Virus record (IMG/VR): IMGVR_UViG_3300026484_000402
Location: 1-64,000 of that record
Length of the DNA: 64,000 bases
From: a virus
Direction: 5' to 3' (one strand)
In this document: one piece after another, positions 17,059-26,569 of the stretch
Numbering within the stretch: position 1 is the first letter of the stretch
Layout of the letters: the number at the start of each line of letters is the position of its first letter
The notes under the pieces: generated by a model
Told to the model about the DNA's origin: nothing
The model's database searches: none
Seen by the model: the letters and a program-made list of their open reading frames with translations, nothing else
Position numbers and translations under genes: made by a program

Positions 17059-17110
17059 TGCTGACCTTTGTATTTTTAAATAATTATAATAAATATTTTG
17101 AAGTCAGCAA
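17058..17110 (-). promoter_or_regulatory. Promoter (-10 at 17083-17088) enclosed by an inverted repeat that covers the RBS and start
   Basis: TTGCTGAC (17058-17065) / GTCAGCAA (17103-17110). Confidence 0.55.
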
Positions 17111-17142
17111 AAAAAAATAAAAAAAAGACGGAAAAAAGGAGA

Positions 17143-17565
17143 TTAAAAAGGTATCTCACTCTCGTCTATATTGTCTCCGTATTCATTATCGTAGTATTGA
17201 TAATTTTTATTTTTTTCTTGATTGTTCTTGTTGTTTGCATTATTGTTCTTTTTTGACAATATTCTAATATCGGAAGCAAGGACATATGTTTTACTTTTAT
17301 TGTTTCCATCTTTGTCTTTCCAAGTGTCTATTTTTATTTTTCCTGATAATTCAATTAAATCACCTTTATTTGTATAATTGTTTATAAATTCAGCATTGTT
17401 ACCCAATAATTTAATTGGGATAAATTCAGTAACTTCTTGATATGCCCCTTTTACTTTTTCATTGTCAGATACAGCTATATTTATTTCTAAAATACTAAAC
17501 CCATTTGGTGTTTTTGTTAGCTCTCTTTTAGAAGATATTCTTCCAGATAAACATACTTTGTTCAT
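17143..17565 (-). CDS. ssb: Single-stranded DNA-binding protein
   Basis: MNKVCLSGRI, KGDLIELSGKI, acidic C-terminus ending EIPF. Confidence 0.95.
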   Translation of the reverse strand: MNKVCLSGRISSKRELTKTPNGFSILEINIAVSDNEKVKGAYQEVTEFIPIKLLGNNAEFINNYTNKGDLIELSGKIKIDTWKDKDGNNKSKTYVLASDIRILSKKNNNANNKNNQEKNKNYQYYDNEYGDNIDESEIPF

Positions 17566-17966
17566 TTTTGTTCCTTTATTATTTGTTTTAAGACGTCTTC
17601 TTTATCATCTACTATTGAAGACAAGCAAGACCATATGTCGCTTATTTTTATTAAAGTTTCAGCTATACTTAATTCATCCGTAATTAAAGATACCAGGTTT
17701 TTTATAATTTCTGCTTCAGGATTTAAAAATGATGAATGTTCATTATAAAAAACATCACTTAATAATGCTGGTGAGTGCGCTCCTTTTACAAGAGTTAATT
17801 TTATTACGTTTGAAACTAACTCAGCTTCGTCATAGTTTTCTCCTGCCATTTTTAATGCAGATTCTTTTATAGCTAAAGATACATATAAGTCAAAAGAATT
17901 TTGGTCTACATTTGGCTTAATTATTTCAAAAGCATTAATTAAATTATTCATGCCCAACCTCCACAT
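17562..17966 (-). CDS. Hypothetical protein
   Basis: Overlaps both neighbours in the operon. Confidence 0.65.
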   Translation of the reverse strand: MWRLGMNNLINAFEIIKPNVDQNSFDLYVSLAIKESALKMAGENYDEAELVSNVIKLTLVKGAHSPALLSDVFYNEHSSFLNPEAEIIKNLVSLITDELSIAETLIKISDIWSCLSSIVDDKEDVLKQIIKEQK

Positions 17967-19368
17967 TTACAATATATGAAATATTGTTTAAAAGAATGGC
18001 TAATTCAGATGAGGATTTTAACACCTCTTCAATAGTTAATGCAGAATCATAAATGTCTTTTGCGTCATCAATATTGTAACCGTTCTTTTCAATTTTATTT
18101 TTTATAGCTGAAAAAATTTCAACAAAAGCATTAGGATTGGATGTTATATCATTAAGCTTCAAATAACTTTTACCAGCGCCTGGCATTGCGCCGTATATTT
18201 TTGATTTGTAATATGAATGAAGAGCATCGTCAACTCTGTCTCTTATCTCTTTTGCTTTGTTCTCTATTGACGTACCTATTATTATTTTCACAACTTCTCT
18301 TTCAAGTATTGCCAATATGGCTCTATATTTCGCAGCTTCATAATCATCTTTTGAATCACGTAACATAGCTTTGTATTTTTCTATTAGTTTAAAATCTTTT
18401 TCTCCTTCAATGTTCTCAACAGTTAAATAATTGTTATGAAAAAAAGCATTTTTAGGCGGTGTAAAGCCGTCAATATCAACATCTGACAAATATGCTCCAT
18501 AATCAATTCCACTAATAGGAGCATTCAAAGAAGAAGATATTATTTTTATAATATCAACGTTTTTCATAACTTCATCTCCACCTACAACAATAGGTAATAT
18601 ATTCATTACGCCTTGGAGGTGATTTATGGATAAAACACCTATTGCATCATCACTAAACCCGTTTGCTATGATAATAAGATTTTTATATCCGTACTCTCTG
18701 GCTTTTTCCAGTAGTTCAACACACTCCCTTTCTGTTTCCACTGTTCCAGCATTACAAACTATCAGAGGCGAAGGCATTTTAATTTTATTTTGATTTTCAA
18801 ATACTTCTGCAGCCGTCTTGCACCTTATTAATACACCGTTTATTATTTCCACTTTTGATTTTGAGTTAAGTTTTGTTTCAACAACTATATTATCAGATGT
18901 TGACAATTCTAGAGCTGAATTAATTAAGTCTGCCAAATTTTTATCTCCTGATACGGCAGTAAGCACTATTTTGTCTTTTATTTTATCTATATTTTTTATT
19001 TTTATTTGATTAATTTTTTCAACCATTTCTTCTATCTTTGAAGAAAGTTGCTCCTCTGTAATTTGATTGCTTTTTAATGCGTTTAGCATTTTTTCAGCCA
19101 ATACGATTGTTGATGTTGTGCCGTCACCGGCTTTCCTTAATACAGACTCAGAGGCTTCTTTTATAACCGTTACTATGTTGTTTACATATGGGTTGTTGCT
19201 TCTTATAAGTCTTAAACATGAAACACCGTCTTTTGTTGTGTGAACATTGTGCTCATTTCCTATTACAACATATTTTCCTGCCGGTCCTAAAGTTTCAGAA
19301 ACAAATCCGCTTACGTCTGATAATATCTTTTCTATCGCAGTAGGTTTTGCGAAATTGTACATTTCCAT
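17944..19368 (-). CDS. groEL: Phage chaperonin, GroEL-like (474 aa)
   Basis: TLGPAG, TKDGVS, AGDGTTS, DRVDDAL and MPGAG motifs; no GGM tail. Confidence 0.9.
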   Translation of the reverse strand: MEMYNFAKPTAIEKILSDVSGFVSETLGPAGKYVVIGNEHNVHTTKDGVSCLRLIRSNNPYVNNIVTVIKEASESVLRKAGDGTTSTIVLAEKMLNALKSNQITEEQLSSKIEEMVEKINQIKIKNIDKIKDKIVLTAVSGDKNLADLINSALELSTSDNIVVETKLNSKSKVEIINGVLIRCKTAAEVFENQNKIKMPSPLIVCNAGTVETERECVELLEKAREYGYKNLIIIANGFSDDAIGVLSINHLQGVMNILPIVVGGDEVMKNVDIIKIISSSLNAPISGIDYGAYLSDVDIDGFTPPKNAFFHNNYLTVENIEGEKDFKLIEKYKAMLRDSKDDYEAAKYRAILAILEREVVKIIIGTSIENKAKEIRDRVDDALHSYYKSKIYGAMPGAGKSYLKLNDITSNPNAFVEIFSAIKNKIEKNGYNIDDAKDIYDSALTIEEVLKSSSELAILLNNISYIVNVEVGHE

Positions 19369-20852
19369 TAAATACTCCTTATTTGATTTATAAGCGTTTT
19401 TTTGTCTGAATACGACATTGAAGATTGTTTAATTTGATTGATTTTTTTTAATTTTAAGCTTTCAATTACGCCTTCATACATTTCATCAAATTCTTCGTCT
19501 CCTATTATGTCGCATTCTAATTTTTTAATCATTTTTTCGTTTATATCCATACCCGTTAATGTTGATAATTTTTCTATCTCTTTTTTAAGACCATTTATAA
19601 GACAATATTTTATAACCATACATTCTTCAATAGTGATGTTTGATGGTTTTTGTTGCTTAAAAATAGACACATCTCCATTTGTTTTTGCGATATATCTTTC
19701 AATTATCTCTTCTTGTATAGGGTATGGGTATTTATCTATTGTAGATTTTAGCTCATCCAATCCTTTTATTTTTTTCTCCGTATTACCACTGATTAAATAC
19801 TCAACAACAAATGCCGTTCCTGACATATTGTTTTTTATTCTTCTTAAAAACTCATTAATCCCATATTGAGAAACTATATCTGCAGGGTCGTTATCTTTTA
19901 AAAAAGTTACTTTTGGTATTACTCCGTTTTGCAGCATTATATTTGTTGCTTTATACGCAGCATTATATCCAGCTTTATCACCATCATAGCAAATCAATAT
20001 CTTTTTGTCTTTTATATGATTTAACTGCATCTTTGTAAATGCAGTACCCTGGCTTGCTACAGCTATATCAAAACCGGCTTGATGTAAGAGTATTACATCT
20101 ATTTGCCCTTCTACTAAAACAATTTTTTTTCTTTTTTTATCTACGAAATTTAACCCATATAAAATATTTCTTTTTTTAAAATATTCACTTTCCGGAGAAT
20201 TTACGTATTTTGACTTACTTTTACCTGTAATATCTCTCCCTGAAAAACCAACTATAGTTCCAAACTTGTTAAAAATAGGAAACATTAACCTGTTATAAAA
20301 CTTAGGATAATACTCATTTTTTTCTTTATCATATCCAAGAATTTTTAGTTTTAAATACTCTTTTACATATGAGGTATTGAGCATAAAGTTTAATACATCT
20401 TTATATGCTGGAGCATATCCTATTCCAAATTTTTCGATACTACTATCGTTTATCCCTCTCGAGTATATATATTGCTTTATTCTTTCATTTAAATTCTTTT
20501 TAAAGAAATACTGAAGCGTGTCGATAGCATTTGAGTAAAACATCTCGTCTTCATCAGAATCTTCATATTCCACCTCTACTTTTAATATATCAGCACCCCT
20601 TTTAACTGCATCAGGAAAAGTTAAACTTTCATATTCCATAATGAAGCTTATAGGCCCCTTACCTCCTTTTCCGCTTGAAAAATCTTTCCAAATACCTTTA
20701 CTTGGTGAAACAGTAAAAGAGGGTGTTTTTTCTGAATTAAACGGAGAAAAGCCAACATATAGGCTCCCCCTTTTTTTTAAATCTACATAACTACTTATTA
20801 TCTCCACCAGGTATTGATTCACTGTTTCTATTGTTGTTTGTTTTATTTTCAT
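19368..20852 (-). CDS. dnaG: DNA primase (DnaG family)
   Basis: SPFNSEKTPSF N-domain, RLMFPI...GFSGR, KYVNSPE, TOPRIM VEGQID and YDGDKAG. Confidence 0.95.
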   Translation of the reverse strand: MKIKQTTIETVNQYLVEIISSYVDLKKRGSLYVGFSPFNSEKTPSFTVSPSKGIWKDFSSGKGGKGPISFIMEYESLTFPDAVKRGADILKVEVEYEDSDEDEMFYSNAIDTLQYFFKKNLNERIKQYIYSRGINDSSIEKFGIGYAPAYKDVLNFMLNTSYVKEYLKLKILGYDKEKNEYYPKFYNRLMFPIFNKFGTIVGFSGRDITGKSKSKYVNSPESEYFKKRNILYGLNFVDKKRKKIVLVEGQIDVILLHQAGFDIAVASQGTAFTKMQLNHIKDKKILICYDGDKAGYNAAYKATNIMLQNGVIPKVTFLKDNDPADIVSQYGINEFLRRIKNNMSGTAFVVEYLISGNTEKKIKGLDELKSTIDKYPYPIQEEIIERYIAKTNGDVSIFKQQKPSNITIEECMVIKYCLINGLKKEIEKLSTLTGMDINEKMIKKLECDIIGDEEFDEMYEGVIESLKLKKINQIKQSSMSYSDKKTLINQIRSI

Positions 20853-21297
20853 CCCTCACTCCAATTGTTTTGTTAGCTAGAGAAATCTCAAGGTCTTTAA
20901 TTATTGATTTTATTATTTCTTCAGCTTTTGTGTTATCGTTTTTTGCAGTAGCTTTTATAATTATAGACAATATAAATGCTATATCTGAATTGTCCAGTTC
21001 TTTATTTATTTTAAATTGTCCGTTTTCTTCTTTGATTATTTCTAGACCATCTATCTTATTTATCTTTTCTTCGTTGGAAATTTTTGTTTCCAAAAAGTTT
21101 TTAAAGATATTTAAAAAGTCTTTATACTCTTTATCTATTGAAACAATTAAAGGCTCTGCGCTTCTTAGAGATTTTTCAAGACCATTTATTAAACAATTGT
21201 TCACAAATACGCTTACAAAAAGTACATAAGCTTCATTTAAACCTAAATCCCCGTTTACTCTTATACCTTGTTTTTCTTTTATCATTGTTAATTTCAT
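20791..21297 (-). CDS. Hypothetical protein
   Basis: AAGGAGAG SD; operon position. Confidence 0.65.
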   Translation of the reverse strand: MKLTMIKEKQGIRVNGDLGLNEAYVLFVSVFVNNCLINGLEKSLRSAEPLIVSIDKEYKDFLNIFKNFLETKISNEEKINKIDGLEIIKEENGQFKINKELDNSDIAFILSIIIKATAKNDNTKAEEIIKSIIKDLEISLANKTIGVRDENKTNNNRNSESIPGGDNK

Positions 21298-21316
21298 TTG
21301 CTCTCCTTATATTTAA

Positions 21317-21439
21317 TTAATTTTTATGACCACCATGGATAATCCACAATATGCATCCCCATATAAATGCAAAAACATATTCTACACCAAAGAAAATAAA
21401 CCTAATTATAGCAAGAAGAATACCAAATGCAGCACCCAT
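21317..21439 (-). CDS. 40-aa membrane protein MGAAFGILLAIIRFIFFGVEYVFAFIWGCILWIIHGGHKN
   Basis: TAATG overlap with the upstream stop; AAAGG SD; fills the operon gap; absent from the ORF track. Confidence 0.65.
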   Translation of the reverse strand: MGAAFGILLAIIRFIFFGVEYVFAFIWGCILWIIHGGHKN

Positions 21440-21891
21440 TATTCGTCCTTTTTGTGATATTTTTTCTTCATTGGAGGATTTTTCTTAGTTATTTTGTCTA
21501 AAAATCTCTGCATTGCTTCTTCATCCATTAACGCAGCCCATTTTTCAAATTTCTTAACATCAAGCAATAGCGTTTGTTGTCCTTTTTTTATTTCATCAGC
21601 CATTACTATGATGCTATTTTTTAGCCCCTCTATAATGTCAGAAGCCAGTTCTTCAAACGTTAAGATTTCATCTACATCAGATGATGTTAACTCATTTGCT
21701 TTTACGTATTTTAAATACGAAACAGTATTTTTAGATTTGATAAGCGAAGCTAATGTTTTAATAAGCTCCATATTCAATTCTTGTTTAGGTAGGAATGTAG
21801 AAGCAATTGATATTTTATCTTTTAAGTCATCAATTGCCTCTTTCAAAGATTTGTTTTCATCCAAAATTTGTTCCATTTCCTTTTTAAGCAT
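21439..21891 (-). CDS. Hypothetical protein
   Basis: AAAGG SD; TGGTATAAT promoter. Confidence 0.7.
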   Translation of the reverse strand: MLKKEMEQILDENKSLKEAIDDLKDKISIASTFLPKQELNMELIKTLASLIKSKNTVSYLKYVKANELTSSDVDEILTFEELASDIIEGLKNSIIVMADEIKKGQQTLLLDVKKFEKWAALMDEEAMQRFLDKITKKNPPMKKKYHKKDE

Positions 21892-21921
21892 CGTTCATCC
21901 TTTTTTATAATTATACCAATA

Positions 21922-22179
21922 TTATCGATTATTCAGTAGTTCTATTGTCTTGTCTAAAGAACCACTTTTAATATCTGACACAATTCTAACCAATATCTCT
22001 TTTTTGTTATTGGTAAAAGATATTGGTTCTATGATATGCCCCTTATATTTAAATTTTATAGATGTAAATGTTTCATATTCGCAAACAGACAAAGCTTCAA
22101 TGTCTTTTGCCCTGGATTGCTTTTTAATCCAATCTTCAATTTCTTTTTTCTTTTCATCTGTCAATTTTTTTTCAGTCAT
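21922..22179 (-). CDS. Hypothetical protein
   Basis: Overlaps upstream gene; GAGG SD. Confidence 0.65.
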   Translation of the reverse strand: MTEKKLTDEKKKEIEDWIKKQSRAKDIEALSVCEYETFTSIKFKYKGHIIEPISFTNNKKEILVRIVSDIKSGSLDKTIELLNNR

Positions 22180-22843
22180 CGATTACCTCGATTCCACCAT
22201 TTTTTATTAAAGATTCTACATCTTTTTTTGGTAAATCAACTTTTACCAGAGAATTGTTTCCTTTTATAGCGAATAAAGTATTATCGCTAAACAAATATCC
22301 GTTCCATACATTACCTTGTTTATCCTTAACTCTCACAAGAGAGGGAGCATAATCTTCGTATACTTCCTGACTTATAAAAGTTTTTAAATGTTTCATATAA
22401 GTAGTGTCACCTATATCTTCACGATATAAATCAATGATGTGCATTGCTATTTCAGGTCTTATTTTAGATAACTTTGATTTTTTCCATTTCTCAAAAGCAT
22501 CTTTTTTGGAACCCGGATTGTGTTTTTCTCTATTGTAATGTTTCCATATCTTTTCAAAAGGTTCAGGATATTTGTTTTTAAGACTTGGTACTTCTACACC
22601 ATTAATGTCTTCAATGCTTATTTTGGTAAGATGAATTTTCCCATTTCCTTTTACTTCTATAATGTTTGTTTCTTTTAATTCAGAGAAAACCTTTTTTTTT
22701 CTTGAATCGCTCCAAAAAAACACATCAATATCGTTTATTGTAGGAAATTCTTTTTCAGATTCTACTATTTTCTGATACAAAACCGCACATTCTACCCCTA
22801 TCTTTTTAGCTAAAAGCCCATCAAAAACAACAGGTTTTTTCAT
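22172..22843 (-). CDS. Phage replication initiator / replisome organiser (lambda O-like)
   Basis: N-terminal wHTH-like LAKKIGVECAVLYQKI; FEKIWKHY...KKDAFEKWKK...YMKHLKTFISQ domain; next to dnaB. Confidence 0.65.
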   Translation of the reverse strand: MKKPVVFDGLLAKKIGVECAVLYQKIVESEKEFPTINDIDVFFWSDSRKKKVFSELKETNIIEVKGNGKIHLTKISIEDINGVEVPSLKNKYPEPFEKIWKHYNREKHNPGSKKDAFEKWKKSKLSKIRPEIAMHIIDLYREDIGDTTYMKHLKTFISQEVYEDYAPSLVRVKDKQGNVWNGYLFSDNTLFAIKGNNSLVKVDLPKKDVESLIKNGGIEVIDD

Positions 22844-22853
22844 TCTTCACTCC

Positions 22854-24182
22854 TTATACTTCTGGTATAGCGTCTAAATCTATACTACTCATATCTATAG
22901 AAGGTGACATTTCTACAACTTGAGCAGCTTCATCGTCCCCAACCCTTACGTATTTACCGTTAAACCAAGTTTCACATACTCCAGTAGACCCGTCTCTTTG
23001 TTTTAAAATAATAAGTTCCATTTTTGATGGATTAGGCTCTTCTTTTTCTTTACCATCTTTGACAAGATAATAAGCTTCTCTGTATAGACCTATAATAGTA
23101 TCTGCATCTTCTTCTATACTACCAGATTCTCTTAGGTCCGATAATGTAGGTCTTCTGTTTGGTCTATTTTCTATAGACCTGTTTAGCTGTGACAGCAACC
23201 ATATTTTAGCACCGGTTGTTTTTGCCACTTTTTTTAATTTTTTCGTTATATATCCAACTTTGTGATGTGTGCTAGAAAAATCTTCATCAACCGTTATCCA
23301 ACCTAAATGGTCGATGAAAAAATCCTCGATTTCAGGGTTAGACATTCTTATTTTTGTAATCATATTGCAAATACTTGTTATGTTATTGACGCTGTCAATT
23401 ACATTGAACCATCTATCGAGCGATATTAACTTTTTCTTTGCTTCAAGATATTTGTTATAATCGCTCAATCTCCCTTTTATAATTTCATTTATGGGAATTT
23501 CCCCAACATTTGATAATGCTCTGGCAGTAATTTTTTCTTCAGGCATTTCAAGAGAAAATATCACACTCCCTTTTTTTAACTTCGCCTTATTTAAAGCTAC
23601 CGAGACAATAAAGCCTGTTTTACCCATAGATGGTCTAGCACCAACAACAATTAAATCCCCAGGAGATGTTACAAGCCTATTATCTAAAGATGGTATTCCA
23701 GTTACGCTTACATTGTTTTTTATTTCTTCCATCTGTTTTTCTAATTTTTCTATTTGTTGCTCAACTGTATTTATAGTAACATCTTCAGATGGAATTTCAA
23801 CGTTTGATAATTCAGAATTGATGTCTATTTTTTCGCCATTTTTTATTTTTTCTAGCATTAAAGAAAGTTTGGCGGTCAACTGTCTATTATAATATGCCTC
23901 TTGAATATTTTTTAAATGTATAGGCATTGTTTTATCTGTTGCTACTACACCAAGTAAAACATCCTGAACTTCTGTGTTGTTATCGGGAAAGAAAGACATT
24001 ATTATGTCGTCACTAATGTCTTCTTTCCTAAAAAACAAATCAAATATAATGTCATATATTTGTTGATGTATAGTTAAGAAAAAATGTTTTTTATTAATGT
24101 CGGCTATATATTTTTCTCTTAACTTTTCTACTTTTATTAATGTGGAAAGTATTATTTTCTCTGAAGGTATATTGCTCAACAT
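22854..24182 (-). CDS. dnaB: Replicative DNA helicase
   Basis: GARPSMGKT, FSLEM, LSQLNR, DLRESGSIEEDAD, KQRDG. Confidence 0.95.
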   Translation of the reverse strand: MLSNIPSEKIILSTLIKVEKLREKYIADINKKHFFLTIHQQIYDIIFDLFFRKEDISDDIIMSFFPDNNTEVQDVLLGVVATDKTMPIHLKNIQEAYYNRQLTAKLSLMLEKIKNGEKIDINSELSNVEIPSEDVTINTVEQQIEKLEKQMEEIKNNVSVTGIPSLDNRLVTSPGDLIVVGARPSMGKTGFIVSVALNKAKLKKGSVIFSLEMPEEKITARALSNVGEIPINEIIKGRLSDYNKYLEAKKKLISLDRWFNVIDSVNNITSICNMITKIRMSNPEIEDFFIDHLGWITVDEDFSSTHHKVGYITKKLKKVAKTTGAKIWLLSQLNRSIENRPNRRPTLSDLRESGSIEEDADTIIGLYREAYYLVKDGKEKEEPNPSKMELIILKQRDGSTGVCETWFNGKYVRVGDDEAAQVVEMSPSIDMSSIDLDAIPEV

Positions 24183-24198
24183 TTACATCTCCTTCTGT

Positions 24199-25194
24199 TT
24201 ACCCTTCGAACCCAACCTCTTCTTCAATATTGTATTTATACCAATTAGGTAAAGATATAACTTGAAAAGGTGTTTTCTTTTTGTCTTCGAAATTCATTTC
24301 ATAACCAAACCAGTCACCAGTTTCAGTACAGTATGAATACTGTTCTAAAACCTTTTTGGCAATTTTGTCGGTATAGTATGTGATATCTTCGGGAGATATA
24401 ACCAGTCCGTTAACAAGATAAGGCCTTGTTTTTTCAACCGCAACAAAGCCAAACATTTTTTTAGCATCTCCTCCTAACTCACATATTCTTAAATACAGCC
24501 AGTTTTGCAAATCGTATCCGAATTTTGCACTTGTTGCTGAGAAGTCGCTTGCGTTAGCTGAAGTTGTTGTTTTTAAATCAAGTACTTTATCGTTAGTGTC
24601 AGCATCCACTTTAACTCTCAATACGCATTTGTATTCATCGTCCCACACAAACATTGCTCTCTCATTGTGTCCGCTTCTTAATAATTGTAAGAAGTTGTAG
24701 TGATTTTTTAATGATTCCGCCATCCCTTCAATATCTTTAAACACTGTATCTTTTATTAATTCTTTTCCTTTTGCGTCTTCAGCATATTTTTTATAAGCAG
24801 CACTGTTTTTTCTAACTTCTCCAGGATATACAAAATACTCATTATAAAAGTCATTAGGTTCTAGCACGTATTTGTGAAATGCCCTACCAAAAACAAGAGC
24901 ATCTCTGTTTTGCTTTTCTGGATAATCTTTTAAGGCTCTATATTTTGCCGGTGTGTTGTGATAAATTGACTTCATCCCTGATGAACTTAAACCAGGAGTC
25001 AATGGATTATGATATAAATAGTCTTCTAGTTTTATCCATTCACCAAGAGGTATTCCAAGCACTTCAAGCTGTTCTTTTTCGTCCATTAAGTCCCATTCAA
25101 TAGGGTCTATTCCAAGCAATTCCAACATTGAATCTTTGTCATTATTTTGGTATACTTCATCAAACGTTAATTCCATAAATTTTTTAGTAGCCAT
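24199..25194 (-). CDS. RecE/exonuclease VIII-like PD-(D/E)XK exonuclease (DUF3799-like)
   Basis: LSSSGMK, FGRAFHKYVLEP, KVD...DLKTT, YDLQ; adjacent to recT. Confidence 0.85.
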   Translation of the reverse strand: MATKKFMELTFDEVYQNNDKDSMLELLGIDPIEWDLMDEKEQLEVLGIPLGEWIKLEDYLYHNPLTPGLSSSGMKSIYHNTPAKYRALKDYPEKQNRDALVFGRAFHKYVLEPNDFYNEYFVYPGEVRKNSAAYKKYAEDAKGKELIKDTVFKDIEGMAESLKNHYNFLQLLRSGHNERAMFVWDDEYKCVLRVKVDADTNDKVLDLKTTTSANASDFSATSAKFGYDLQNWLYLRICELGGDAKKMFGFVAVEKTRPYLVNGLVISPEDITYYTDKIAKKVLEQYSYCTETGDWFGYEMNFEDKKKTPFQVISLPNWYKYNIEEEVGFEG

Positions 25195-25208
25195 TTCTCT
25201 CTCCTTAA

Positions 25209-26156
25209 TTATTTATTTTCAACCGGTTCATAAACAATATCTTCTTCTTCACTTATTTCATATTCAACAATAGATTGCGCTTTCCCAACCAAATGGTCCG
25301 GCAATTTGGCTGTTGTTGTTAATTTTAATTTATCTATAAGTTCCTCAGGGATGTCTTTCTTGGATACTTTTACATATCCCTTTTTCAGTTCATATTCAAC
25401 TCCCATATCATCCAAAGCCATCTGTAAGGTAACTTTTTTTTCGACTTCTTGATTTAATTCTTCTATAGCCTCATAAGTGCTGTCTACTTTTTCACTTTTT
25501 TCAATTTCATCAATTGTTGCATAATTTTCATTGTCTATCTCTGTAGCGTATCTTAATGATTCTGGGACAGGAATCATTTTAACCAATCTTTTTAACGGGA
25601 CTTTTTTCGCTACTTCATCAAACCAAGTATCCCATACAGTATGTTTTCCTTTTGATTTGATTTTAGCTGCTTTCCGAGCCTCATTTAATTCATTTAAATT
25701 AGCAGTAGCAATTACAACTTCTCCGCTTGGTAAAACGCCTCTTGCATAGGCACCTATAACCCTATTGTCAGTATTAAATGGATTAACAGTATGTTTTATT
25801 TCAGTTTTTCCATTGTCAATATTTATTTGAAAGTTTTCACCCTCTCTTACTACATATGCATCCACTAATTTAAAAACCCCATATTCAATAAGTTTTTTGG
25901 GCCAAAATGTATATTTTTGTTCAATTTTAATTGTTCCATTGTACACTATAATATAAATATCATCTACAGCTGACAATTCTGGGTCTGCTGTGATAATTTT
26001 AAGTATAGTATTTAAAACAGCTTCTTTAGGTGGAATTTCTTTTTGATAGATTTTATTTAACAGTAATGAAAGTTTGTTTTTTTTTAAAGCATCAACTTTT
26101 AAATCAAGTTCTTTTACTATTTCTTCTACAGTTAATTTATTATTTCTTGCAGCCAT
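25209..26156 (-). CDS. recT: RecT-family single-strand annealing protein
   Basis: VVREGENF, VIGAYA, WDTWFDEVAKKVPLKRLVKMIP. Confidence 0.85.
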   Translation of the reverse strand: MAARNNKLTVEEIVKELDLKVDALKKNKLSLLLNKIYQKEIPPKEAVLNTILKIITADPELSAVDDIYIIVYNGTIKIEQKYTFWPKKLIEYGVFKLVDAYVVREGENFQINIDNGKTEIKHTVNPFNTDNRVIGAYARGVLPSGEVVIATANLNELNEARKAAKIKSKGKHTVWDTWFDEVAKKVPLKRLVKMIPVPESLRYATEIDNENYATIDEIEKSEKVDSTYEAIEELNQEVEKKVTLQMALDDMGVEYELKKGYVKVSKKDIPEELIDKLKLTTTAKLPDHLVGKAQSIVEYEISEEEDIVYEPVENK

Positions 26157-26176
26157 TTCTTTCTCCTTGTGTTTTT

Positions 26177-26569
26177 TTAGTATTCCGGCAAGTATTTAGG
26201 TCTTTTTCCTTTATTAGCCCATCTGTCTTTAATGTTTAATGATTGATTAACCCATTCCAAATTATTCACTTGATAATCACTTCTGTTTCCATTTTTGTGA
26301 TTTACAATATTGTAATCCGGTCTTGGTTTAGGTAAAAATGTCTCCGCAACCGCCCTATGTATTTTTACTTCATGTTTTTTCCCGTCTGACATAAGGGTTA
26401 CTCTGGGATATCCCATCCATGTCCGTCCCCTTAAAATTTTTTTTGTTTTAGCATTCCTTATACCTAGAAAGGGATGAACTTCATAATTGTTAAATTTTTC
26501 AAGTCTTTTCCATTGAGCTGAAGATAGTGAATGCAGAGATAGGTGAGATGTTTCTACCTGTTGTCCCAT
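26177..26569 (-). CDS. HNH homing endonuclease (NUMOD4/HNH type)
   Basis: IHRAVAETFLPKP...VNHKNGNRSDYQVNNLEWV. Confidence 0.85.
   Translation of the reverse strand: MGQQVETSHLSLHSLSSAQWKRLEKFNNYEVHPFLGIRNAKTKKILRGRTWMGYPRVTLMSDGKKHEVKIHRAVAETFLPKPRPDYNIVNHKNGNRSDYQVNNLEWVNQSLNIKDRWANKGKRPKYLPEY

Noticed and set aside
26177-26569. HNH as part of a group I intron splitting the endolysin or recT
   Set aside because: Both flanking genes appear complete and there is no non-coding room for an intron core; treated as free-standing
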